Below, one piece after another: positions 1 to 6,962 of a stretch of DNA of 20,000 nt. The stretch lies in IMG/VR virus record IMGVR_UViG_3300042880_001179. One strand, written 5' to 3'. The notes under the pieces were generated by a model. It was not told the origin of the DNA and made no database searches. It saw nothing but the letters and a program-made list of their open reading frames with translations. A program made the translations under genes and the position numbers. This DNA is from an uncultured virus (IMG/VR IMGVR_UViG_3300042880_001179). Its lineage: Duplodnaviria; Heunggongvirae; Uroviricota; Caudoviricetes. The stretch's first letter is position 1. Every line of letters begins with the position of its first letter.

Positions 1-382
1 CTATAAAGGCTTGTATTATTTGAGGTAGGCTGAATTCGAAGAAGTCTGAGTAGTAACCTACGAGTTGGTATCGTGCTGCTATTTTGGCTGGTATTATATT
101 TTTATTTCTAAGAATTTGTACAGCTTTTATGGCTTTATCGCAGAATATTTTCATGAAGACTTTGGTATCATATCTTTTTAGGAAGAAGCCGATTAGAAGG
201 GCTGTTATTTCGGCTGTTAGTAGTATTAACAGATAAAAATTATCTTTAATTAGTAGTCCATCAATAGTTTTACCTAGCAGGTATGGTATTAGAGAAAACA
301 AGCCATACTGGATTATCAGCATGGCATATATGAAGATTATTTGGAGTTTATTTTCTTTAAGTATTTCCCTGATCATCTTCAT
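1..382 (-). CDS. stand-alone ABC-transporter six-transmembrane domain protein (ABC_membrane_3-like), runs off the left edge
   Basis: Not in the ORF track; manual translation gives MKMIREILKENKLQIIFIYAMLIIQYGLFSLIPYLLGKTIDGLL...KRYDTKVFMKIF...KIAARYQLVGYYSDFFEFSLPQIIQAFI. The P-x-LLG-x-x-ID, DT(K/R)VF and AR...DFFE-x-x-LP motifs are typical of that family. The start may be 376. Confidence 0.7.
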   Translation of the reverse strand, partial: MKMIREILKENKLQIIFIYAMLIIQYGLFSLIPYLLGKTIDGLLIKDNFYLLILLTAEITALLIGFFLKRYDTKVFMKIFCDKAIKAVQILRNKNIIPAKIAARYQLVGYYSDFFEFSLPQIIQAFI

Positions 383-500
383 CCTTTAGGTCTTCATCAG
401 GAAGCAAGTTGGGGTTAGGTGAGTCTTGCATTTCGAATGCTTTAATAATTCCATAAAGTAGAATGGATAACAGGCAGAGTAGTGTGATTGTTTCAAGCAT
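357..500 (-). CDS. small membrane protein (47 aa) with acidic tail
   Basis: MLETITLLCLLSILLYGIIKAFEMQDSPNPNLLPDEDLKDEDDQGNT*; ATG abuts the stop of 501..788 and is preceded by AGGAGG. Confidence 0.65.
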   Translation of the reverse strand: MLETITLLCLLSILLYGIIKAFEMQDSPNPNLLPDEDLKDEDDQGNT

Positions 501-788
501 TTAGTTCCAACCTCCTTCTATTGGTGAGCTTTTTGTGAATTGTCTGATGACTTCATTTAGTCTATCGATTTCGTTTAGACATTTAATTATATCGGTTCTG
601 GAATGTGCGATAAATTTTGCGTTATTTTCTTGATTTTGATTTTGTTTTATGATTGCTACTGGGTGGTAGTGATCAATTTCACCGCAGTAGACTGACCAGA
701 GTCCTTGGTGTAGGTCTGTAACCCAAGGGGCTTGGGTGGCTAGTTTTAATCTTGCTTCTATTTCTTCTTTTTCTTTTTGGTTGAGCAT
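501..788 (-). CDS. Ead/Ea22-like phage protein
   Basis: EIEARLKLATQAPW ... NAKFIAHSRTDIIKCLNEIDRL matches the AT-x-x-PW / A-x-FIA / L-x-E-I-x-x-L pattern of Ead/Ea22-like proteins. Confidence 0.65.
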   Translation of the reverse strand: MLNQKEKEEIEARLKLATQAPWVTDLHQGLWSVYCGEIDHYHPVAIIKQNQNQENNAKFIAHSRTDIIKCLNEIDRLNEVIRQFTKSSPIEGGWN

Positions 789-796
789 AAGTGTGC

Positions 797-1117
797 CTAT
801 ATGATTTTGAAGTTTTTTTTGATTAGAGCATGAACTTCTAATAGTGCGAGATTTTTTTGTGTTCCATCACCTATTTGTTTATCTTTTTGTGTGGTTACGT
901 AATGTGCGTGGTTATCGATAATTTGCAGACAGGTTTCGACGGTTTCTTTTTGTATTGTTTCTTTGTTGCATTTTTTTAATTGTTCTTGTAGGTATTCATA
1001 CTCTAGGACGAGTTGTTCTAGTGTAGCGATAGGTATGATGGTAGATGGTTTGAGGATAACGTTTTCAGTAGATCTGATTTGTTCTTTGATTGCGTTTATT
1101 AGTTTTTCCGATAGCAT
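797..1117 (-). CDS. hypothetical phage protein
   Basis: 106-aa ORF in a tightly packed minus-strand run; AAGGA upstream of the ATG. Confidence 0.7.
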   Translation of the reverse strand: MLSEKLINAIKEQIRSTENVILKPSTIIPIATLEQLVLEYEYLQEQLKKCNKETIQKETVETCLQIIDNHAHYVTTQKDKQIGDGTQKNLALLEVHALIKKNFKII

Positions 1118-1125
1118 ATTAATCC

Positions 1126-1347
1126 TTACGAAAACAATTCATCATAATCTAGTATTTCCCATAATGTTTCATCAGCTTTTTTTCTATCTTCGTTGTAATC
1201 ATCTGTAATTAGTATTGTTTTTCTATGTTTTTGCAGAGCTCTTTTTAGTGCTTTTATTTTAGATCTTATTTTTAGCATAATTTCCATAGCATCATCGAGA
1301 CTATCTTGTAGTATTTCGATGTGTTCCGTCATTTCTTGTTCATTCAT
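1126..1347 (-). CDS. hypothetical coiled-coil protein
   Basis: 73-aa ORF, GGAG RBS, heptad-like helical pattern. Confidence 0.7.
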   Translation of the reverse strand: MNEQEMTEHIEILQDSLDDAMEIMLKIRSKIKALKRALQKHRKTILITDDYNEDRKKADETLWEILDYDELFS

Positions 1348-1360
1348 TTTGCTCCGATTA

Positions 1361-1498
1361 TTAATTTCTATTGATATATTCTTTTAGTTTTTGATTTTCT
1401 GTTTTGTAGGTATTTATTTGTACAGTTAGAAATATCACTACTGCTAGCCAAATTACGAATAAGCCTGTTACCATTTTTTCAGAGATTTTGGTATTCAT
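1361..1498 (-). CDS. small membrane-anchored coiled-coil protein
   Basis: MNTKISEKMVTGLFVIWLAVVIFLTVQINTYKTENQKLKEYINRN; start moved to the ATG at 1498 (AAGGA upstream) rather than 1615. Confidence 0.6.
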   Translation of the reverse strand: MNTKISEKMVTGLFVIWLAVVIFLTVQINTYKTENQKLKEYINRN

Positions 1499-1500
1499 GG

Positions 1501-1683
1501 TTAAGCATCCTTTAGGTGGTGGCTTAGGGACATGAGGAATGGTGCTAGGCAAGCGAAGAGGATGCCTTGCAGTTTTCCGTCTTCGTTTCTGATTCCGAAG
1601 AAAAAGAGAAAACACAAGATGACACTGAGGAAGCTGCAGATAAGGCAGCTTGTGTAGAGAGCTTTTCTAATGTTTTCTGGCAT
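1501..1683 (-). CDS. small two-TM membrane protein
   Basis: 60 aa with two hydrophobic stretches; AGGAG RBS upstream of the ATG; stop abuts the next gene. Confidence 0.6.
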   Translation of the reverse strand: MPENIRKALYTSCLICSFLSVILCFLFFFGIRNEDGKLQGILFACLAPFLMSLSHHLKDA

Positions 1684-1892
1684 CTTTTGGACTCCTGTAG
1701 TTGTTTACGGAGTGATAGTACTTCATCGGCTAGTTTTTTGCAAGCGATTTTGTATCCTCTGCTGGTAGGGCTGAGGAGTACTACAAGATCATCAAACCAG
1801 TAATCTGCATCTTTAATAATTTCTTCAATTGAGTAATTATTTGTTTTTAGCACCTCAATATTTTTTTCTTTGAGGTTATCTGGTTTTAGCAT
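1545..1892 (-). CDS. hypothetical protein (C-terminus overlaps 1501..1683)
   Basis: ATG lies 1 nt after the stop of 1894..2142; N-terminal ~65 aa look globular or helical, the Ser-rich tail runs over the next gene. Confidence 0.6.
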   Translation of the reverse strand: MLKPDNLKEKNIEVLKTNNYSIEEIIKDADYWFDDLVVLLSPTSRGYKIACKKLADEVLSLRKQLQESKRCQKTLEKLSTQAALSAASSVSSCVFSFSSESETKTENCKASSSLA

Positions 1893-1893
1893 T

Positions 1894-2142
1894 TTAATCT
1901 CTTGGGTAGAGGTCTCTGAGAATTTTCTTTAATTTTTTTACTTGTGTATGGCTGAGGTTGATTTTGGTTTGGATTCTTTTGCCATTTTTATCTGTTTCGC
2001 CTTGTTCGAGTCTGATACCGGCGAAACTAGCTGGATTATGTTTGATGACAATTTCATTGAATTCATATTCAACGAAGCCATCTGGTGACTTGTATTGTGT
2101 ATTATCTTTACCGATGAATGTTTGGCTTGCGGTGCTTTTCAT
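1894..2142 (-). CDS. hypothetical protein
   Basis: 82 aa; GAGGT RBS; TATAAT upstream. Confidence 0.7.
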   Translation of the reverse strand: MKSTASQTFIGKDNTQYKSPDGFVEYEFNEIVIKHNPASFAGIRLEQGETDKNGKRIQTKINLSHTQVKKLKKILRDLYPRD

Positions 2143-2162
2143 TTTTTACCTCAACTAATTTT

Positions 2163-2168
2163 ATTATA
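2163..2168 (-). promoter_or_regulatory. candidate sigma70 -10 box for the small-ORF operon
   Basis: TATAAT on the minus strand ~20 nt upstream of the 2142 start; the -35 match is weak. Confidence 0.3.
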
Positions 2169-2176
2169 GTTGATAG

Positions 2177-2671
2177 TTATGGATTTGCGTCAGTAGTGTT
2201 GATTAATTTTCCATTTAGATCGTATGTTAAAATTTTTCCGTATGGAGTATGGACAGTGAAATTTTTAGTTTCGTTATTCCAATGAGCGCTTGAGCCGGAA
2301 TGGTCTCTTTCTAGATTTTGTAGTTTTGTTTTTATAGCAGATGGGCTGAATTTTACTTGTTTACCGCCTTGTTGTACGACCCAATCTCCACCTTGGAATT
2401 TATAGTCATTTGGGTTGCTATCAGGTGCGTTACGTATATCATGAATGTTAGCTGGTAGATTTTTAGCAGAGAAGTCCATTGCACCGGCTTTAGGTGCCAT
2501 CATTCCTCCTGCGACAAAGGGTGCAGCAGCAACAAGTGCGGCTTTGCCATATTTTTTAAATGTATCTAAGAGACCTTCATCGATTTCTAGATTATTATCT
2601 AGGCAATACTTGATGTATTCATTGAGAAGGGATTCGTTTCTGTTTTCGACAAATTCATGAAATGAGCGCAT
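2177..2671 (-). CDS. putative internal virion protein with CTS-like N-terminus and internal signal-peptide-like segment
   Basis: MRSFHEFVE N-terminus; LEIDE|G followed by KKYGKAALVAAAPFVAGGMMAPKAGA; CATAAATA 4 nt before the ATG. Confidence 0.7.
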   Translation of the reverse strand: MRSFHEFVENRNESLLNEYIKYCLDNNLEIDEGLLDTFKKYGKAALVAAAPFVAGGMMAPKAGAMDFSAKNLPANIHDIRNAPDSNPNDYKFQGGDWVVQQGGKQVKFSPSAIKTKLQNLERDHSGSSAHWNNETKNFTVHTPYGKILTYDLNGKLINTTDANP

Positions 2672-3141
2672 GAATTATTTATGGGGTGGGTTTCCGTTTT
2701 TATTTTGATTTTGTGTTGTCTTTGGAGAATGAGTTCTTTGCCCCAATATTCTGAATGGTTGCAACTCCAAGATATTTTTTGTATGCCGATGGAGTCTAAT
2801 AGTTGTTGGCACCAGACGCATGGTTTAGCCAAGCGGAATTGGCCATGCCTATTGATTCTGATACTGAGTATTTCTAGGTCTTTAATTTTCACATCATCTG
2901 GGAGTTTGGTTACCAGATCGGATTCGGCGTGAGGATAGGGATAGGTGAGCCATTTGGCGATGTTATAGATTCTGGCTAGTTCATAAATTTTAGTGCTGGG
3001 ATATAAGGTTTGATTTTTACCGATGGCGATGATTTTGTTTTTTTTGATGGCGAAGGCGTAGTGGTATCTTTCTTGGGATTTGTTATTATCCCAATCTTTA
3101 AAAAGTATTTTGATGCACTGTTGGACGGTGTGTTCTTTCAT
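2599..3141 (-). CDS. cytidine/dCMP deaminase-superfamily Zn protein
   Basis: IIAIGKN ... HAE ... RLAKPCVWCQ: canonical HxE and PCxxC motifs. Confidence 0.85.
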   Translation of the reverse strand: MKEHTVQQCIKILFKDWDNNKSQERYHYAFAIKKNKIIAIGKNQTLYPSTKIYELARIYNIAKWLTYPYPHAESDLVTKLPDDVKIKDLEILSIRINRHGQFRLAKPCVWCQQLLDSIGIQKISWSCNHSEYWGKELILQRQHKIKIKTETHPINNSCAHFMNLSKTETNPFSMNTSSIA

Positions 3142-3221
3142 GGTTTTGCAAATAAATTATATGTTAGTTGTAAAAAAATTTCTTAAGTTAATAAATAAAG
3201 AAGGGTTTTCAGGAGAACATT

Positions 3222-3485
3222 ATGAAACTATTTTCAGAGTGGTTACAAGAGGCTGCTGGAATAGCTACCAGCCGTTCGCAATGTGTGCAGGGTGATGAGC
3301 CGAATTTTGCTGGTGCTTGTTCGGATTTGCCTCCTTCACCAAAACCCAAGAAGAAGCTTAAGAAATTAAAGAAAATTGGTTCTAAATTAAAGAAGTTTAG
3401 GAAGAAACGCAAGCTAAAAGATGAAGCAATGATGGTCCAAGGAGGAAGCCCGGGACCAGATGCGCAATGTGCGGGCGCTTGTTAA
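3222..3485 (+). CDS. CTS-tagged, Cys-loop, Lys-rich small protein (paralog A)
   Basis: MKLFSEWLQEA; QCVQGDEPNFAGAC; poly-Lys tract; AGGAG RBS; AATAAATA upstream. Confidence 0.85.
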   Translation: MKLFSEWLQEAAGIATSRSQCVQGDEPNFAGACSDLPPSPKPKKKLKKLKKIGSKLKKFRKKRKLKDEAMMVQGGSPGPDAQCAGAC

Positions 3486-3501
3486 TTAAAGGAGGACACC
3501 T

Positions 3502-3819
3502 ATGAAAACATTTACAGAGTGGTTGCAAGAGGCCACAACAGTAGCGAAAGATAAGAAACAGTGTGTACAAGGCGACCGACCCAGTGTTGGTGGTGCTTGT
3601 ACTGGTGCTATTGCAAATGCAGGGATTGATGGCGTTCCAATGCCTGAAAGAGGACGCAAATTAAAAAAAGCTAAACTCAAGAAGGAAGCCATTGTTGTTG
3701 GACCTCAACCTCCCGGTGTTGGAGTTCAGGGTGGCAAATCTGATTTTGTTATTGCAGGCGCACCCGGAGTAGCACACAGCAAACCCAAACGTAGGAAAAA
3801 AAGACGAAAAAAAGCATAA
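3502..3819 (+). CDS. CTS-tagged, Cys-loop, Lys/Arg-rich small protein (paralog B)
   Basis: MKTFTEWLQEA; QCVQGDRPSVGGAC; basic tail KPKRRKKRRKKA; AAAGGAGG RBS; 5' end nearly identical in DNA to paralog A. Confidence 0.85.
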   Translation: MKTFTEWLQEATTVAKDKKQCVQGDRPSVGGACTGAIANAGIDGVPMPERGRKLKKAKLKKEAIVVGPQPPGVGVQGGKSDFVIAGAPGVAHSKPKRRKKRRKKA

Positions 3820-3863
3820 TTGAAAATGGATTTAGCGGTTTTAGGGACTTTTTTGAGGGAGGA

Positions 3864-4277
3864 ATGGGAAACCCGGGTACTTTATACCCTCCCAATCAAC
3901 AGCCCCAAGGTGGTGGCGTTCCTAAATCTATAAGTTGTGGGGGAAGTCCCGGGCCATGTCCCCCTCCCCCCAAAGTCACCGATATGAAATTAGACAACAG
4001 TGGTTGTCTTGGTACTTCTGGTAGATGTGCTCCGATTAATGTTAAATTAGATATGAAAGGATGCGGGGGAGGTCCCGGGCCATGTCCTCCTACGCCTAGA
4101 GGTTGTTCGGGAGGTCCTTGTCCTACTACTCCTGCTGCTGGTACAGCCGTTACGGCTACAAATAGCACCATGGCAAGCCCTGATACTACGCCAGCCAAAG
4201 AAGCACCCGGATTTTATAAAGCGCCCTTAGATAGCGGACAAAAGGGTGCTACACCGGTACAGAAGCTTAAAGTTTAA
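3864..4277 (+). CDS. Gly/Pro/Cys-rich repeat protein
   Basis: CGGSPGPCPP, CGGGPGPCPPTP and CSGGPCPTTP repeats; GAGG RBS; reading frame is open upstream to 3795. Confidence 0.75.
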   Translation: MGNPGTLYPPNQQPQGGGVPKSISCGGSPGPCPPPPKVTDMKLDNSGCLGTSGRCAPINVKLDMKGCGGGPGPCPPTPRGCSGGPCPTTPAAGTAVTATNSTMASPDTTPAKEAPGFYKAPLDSGQKGATPVQKLKV

Positions 4278-4705
4278 ATTTTTATTGTCAAAAAGTGCAA
4301 ACAGAAAATTGAATCTTCTGATCTGTAACCGCCTGTAATCATATTGAGTTGTAGGATGTTATTAGTATTAAGATTGCGCAATACAACATCTACATAAATC
4401 ATGCTTTTTTGTACAGATTTTATATTTTCTAGAATAGAATCTACTTCTTCGTCTGTGGTGGTTTTTTTACAGATAGTGATTTTGCAGATGCCGGAATCTA
4501 GACTCCAGCCTTTTTGTTTGACTTGTGCGTATGAGTTATATGAGAAGTCAATTGTTTGATTATTTTTTTTGATTTCTACGGATTCAACGACAAGTCCGTA
4601 TAGATAGTTGGTTTTGTGCCAAAATTCTATTCTTTTATGGTGGGTTCGCTCATAAATACCTTTGGAATGTGGCCAATCTAGCCTCAAAGTTGGGTAAGTT
4701 TTCAT
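4274..4705 (-). CDS. hypothetical protein
   Basis: 143-aa ORF filling the gap; shares the TTAA stop with 3864..4277; AAGGTG upstream. Confidence 0.65.
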   Translation of the reverse strand: MKTYPTLRLDWPHSKGIYERTHHKRIEFWHKTNYLYGLVVESVEIKKNNQTIDFSYNSYAQVKQKGWSLDSGICKITICKKTTTDEEVDSILENIKSVQKSMIYVDVVLRNLNTNNILQLNMITGGYRSEDSIFCLHFLTIKI

Positions 4706-4725
4706 ATCATCACCTTGGGGGATCA

Positions 4726-5292
4726 GTGCGTAAGATTTATCGAAAACGACACAAGCCCGAATCGATAAAGATACATCTTCCGGAGGTTCAGCAAAAAACG
4801 CATTTTAGTTGTGCAGCAGCGGTAGTGCATTCGATTTGTAGTTATTGGGGATTAGGTTTGCCGTCTCATTATGATTATTTTCCCTATCTAGAAACTGATG
4901 AGAGTTATGGGACATTACCCAGCAAAATAGCGAAGTATTTAACATCTGTTGGTCTCACTGCGTGCATTAAGTATAATATGTCAATTAAAACTTTGTGTCA
5001 AGAGATTAACAAGGGAAGTCCTGTGATTCTTGCGTTGCAGGCTTGGGGTAATTTCAAGCATTACGACAAATTTGGTAGTGGGCATTATTTAGTTGCGATT
5101 GGGTACGATGAGAAAAACATTTATTTCGAAGATCCTTGGTTGAATTGCAGCAGGGGTTTCATACCGAAAAATGAACTATTGAAGCGTTGGCATGACATGG
5201 ATTACTTAGGTGTTACGCATGAGAAGATGGGGATTATAGTTTCCCACAAGAAAATTCCTGTTTATAGCAAGAGTGCTAGAAAGATTTGTTAA
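4726..5292 (+). CDS. peptidase C39-like cysteine protease (stand-alone)
   Basis: QQKTHFSCAAA (Gln/Cys), GSPVIL, GHYLVAIGYDEKNIYFEDP (His/Asp). GTG start at 4726 (GGGGGA RBS) preferred over 4669. Confidence 0.85.
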   Translation: MRKIYRKRHKPESIKIHLPEVQQKTHFSCAAAVVHSICSYWGLGLPSHYDYFPYLETDESYGTLPSKIAKYLTSVGLTACIKYNMSIKTLCQEINKGSPVILALQAWGNFKHYDKFGSGHYLVAIGYDEKNIYFEDPWLNCSRGFIPKNELLKRWHDMDYLGVTHEKMGIIVSHKKIPVYSKSARKIC

Positions 5293-5884
5293 ATTGTAAT
5301 TTGTAATAAACTGGCAATCTGTGTGAAAATATTTTCATGAATTTTGCCAAGTTTGGTCCTGCGAATGAGATAATTTTGCTTCCTCCGAACTTTTTAATTT
5401 CGCCATCTATTCCTAGGATTTGGAAGTAATTTTTAATTGCTTGCACAGAGGATTCAGACAAACGGCTGATTCTAAGTGATGCCGAATTTTTTTTGAATTC
5501 GCCTTTGTCCATAAACCAACAGGCAACGCCGTAATCTTGTAATTGGTCGAGCCATAATTCGGTAATATTTTTAGTATTATCTTTGTAGCAAAGATCGTAG
5601 AATTCATTCCAGCATGAGCAGCTTATGCTATTCCAGCGGAAGGAATCTTTATCTTGAACAAAAGATTTTGGCCTACTGAATCTTTGTAATTCATGTGCTT
5701 TGCAACGAATCCAGATGCCATTTTTAGAAACGCTTTCTCGCATTTGGAAGTGAGGGTTTTTGGATTTTCTTGGTTTGATGATACTGCTATTACCTAATAA
5801 GGTCCCTAGAATAACTTGTTTTTCTTTGTTTGCAAAAGTTAGTTGCCGTAAAGTCTCTCCATCAGTTTGCCAGTTATTAAGCAT
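5276..5884 (-). CDS. LAGLIDADG-fold (I-SceI-like, two-motif) protein, predicted nuclease-inactive
   Basis: Motif 1 QVILGTLLGNSSI, motif 2 GVACWFMDKG, plus FYDLCYKDNTKNITELWLDQL; GAGGT RBS supports a start at 5884/5887. Confidence 0.8.
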   Translation of the reverse strand: MLNNWQTDGETLRQLTFANKEKQVILGTLLGNSSIIKPRKSKNPHFQMRESVSKNGIWIRCKAHELQRFSRPKSFVQDKDSFRWNSISCSCWNEFYDLCYKDNTKNITELWLDQLQDYGVACWFMDKGEFKKNSASLRISRLSESSVQAIKNYFQILGIDGEIKKFGGSKIISFAGPNLAKFMKIFSHRLPVYYKLQFNKSF

Positions 5885-5924
5885 CATTACCTCATAAGAA
5901 ATATATATAAAGTTTAACAAAATT

Positions 5925-5970
5925 AAATACGCACCAAAGGTCTATATTTGCAGACATTTGGTGCGTATTT
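5925..5970. terminator. long hairpin, probable intrinsic terminator after the C1 peptidase
   Basis: AAATACGCACCAAA ... TTTGGTGCGTATTT perfect 14-bp inverted repeat with additional GTCT/AGAC pairing. Confidence 0.7.
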
Positions 5971-5984
5971 TTAAGTTAAAAAAA

Positions 5985-6962
5985 TTAAATTTTCCAACGA
6001 AGTTTTCTGAGAGGGAATCCTTCTACGGCGCTATAACAAAACGAATCATCTTGTTTGAGCATTTTATCTATTACCGACCAGTGAGCATAGAAACCGGCTG
6101 AGCTTGGTTCGCCGGGTCCAATATTGGAATTTCCCATGTATGTTCCCCAAGAGTTTAGGATAAATCCATGTTCTTCTTTGTTTATAGTAGCGTAGCCAAT
6201 AATAGCCATTTGGTGTGCCCAAGAACCAGATGGTTTGCATACTCCATTTGCATCTCTTGAAGTTGTGAAACCTTGGTTGCTAGCAACTGATATACCATAG
6301 CCTTGAACCAATGATTTTTTTGCACTATTCCAATCTGAAATTTGCGTGGTGTATTTTACAGGATGTTCTTTTACTAGTGGTTCTAAATCATTAGGAACAC
6401 CTGCAGCGCCCCATTGGCGGCACAATGATTCAGAGTATTTTTCTAGATTATATTTTCCATTTAGAAAAGTTCCTCTGTTAAGAATTCCATATTTTCTAAC
6501 GAAATCAGCACCCCAAGCGCCGATACTTCCGTCGCCTCGGCCTAATTGTCCTTTGCCTATTTCAACTCTGCTTCCTCCATAAACTATTTCTTGAACTAGG
6601 GGTTTGAATTCTTCTGCTTGTCCTTGAGCGATTTCTGCGCACATTGTATATTCTATGGCTGAACAGCAGCCCATCGCCACGCATGATCCAACGGATCCCT
6701 GATTTCTGGGAGGTAAATTATCTCCAGTTACAATTTTTGCAAAGTCCCACAAATAACAGTGATCCGGTAGTTCTTCATTTGCATATCCGAATGCTGGAGT
6801 ATCGGTGAAATTCTTTATTGGGAAAGTTTCTAAGGTTGCTTGTACGGCAACTGGATCGTTTATCCATCCAAATGATACATCATTAGGAACATATGTAATT
6901 GAAGAATCAAATCCTTCGGTAGAAAGAGTATCAATATATGTTGTATATGCTTTGTTATCCAT
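5985..6962 (-). CDS. papain-like (C1) cysteine peptidase
   Basis: RNQGSVGSCVAMG (Gln/Cys), WAHQMAIIGY (His), FILNSWG (Asn); GGAGGA RBS. Confidence 0.9.
   Translation of the reverse strand: MDNKAYTTYIDTLSTEGFDSSITYVPNDVSFGWINDPVAVQATLETFPIKNFTDTPAFGYANEELPDHCYLWDFAKIVTGDNLPPRNQGSVGSCVAMGCCSAIEYTMCAEIAQGQAEEFKPLVQEIVYGGSRVEIGKGQLGRGDGSIGAWGADFVRKYGILNRGTFLNGKYNLEKYSESLCRQWGAAGVPNDLEPLVKEHPVKYTTQISDWNSAKKSLVQGYGISVASNQGFTTSRDANGVCKPSGSWAHQMAIIGYATINKEEHGFILNSWGTYMGNSNIGPGEPSSAGFYAHWSVIDKMLKQDDSFCYSAVEGFPLRKLRWKI

Noticed and set aside
1545..1683. 139-nt same-strand overlap as functional overprinting
   Set aside because: The overlapping tail is low-complexity and Ser-rich, most simply a lost stop codon; no evidence of function.
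963..3692. Opposite-strand ORFs such as 963..1208, 1567..1803, 1958..2158, 2445..2660, 2681..2932, 3080..3295, 3209..3412 and 3486..3692
   Set aside because: They overlap better-supported genes that have RBSs and motifs; their composition is typical of antisense frames.
4274..4705. MKTY N-terminus as another capsid-targeting tag
   Set aside because: It continues PTLRLDW, lacking the aromatic residue at +3 and the Glu cleavage site.
5276..5984. Group I intron or intein hosting the LAGLIDADG ORF
   Set aside because: Flanking genes are complete, non-coding space is under 100 nt, and no intein termini are present.
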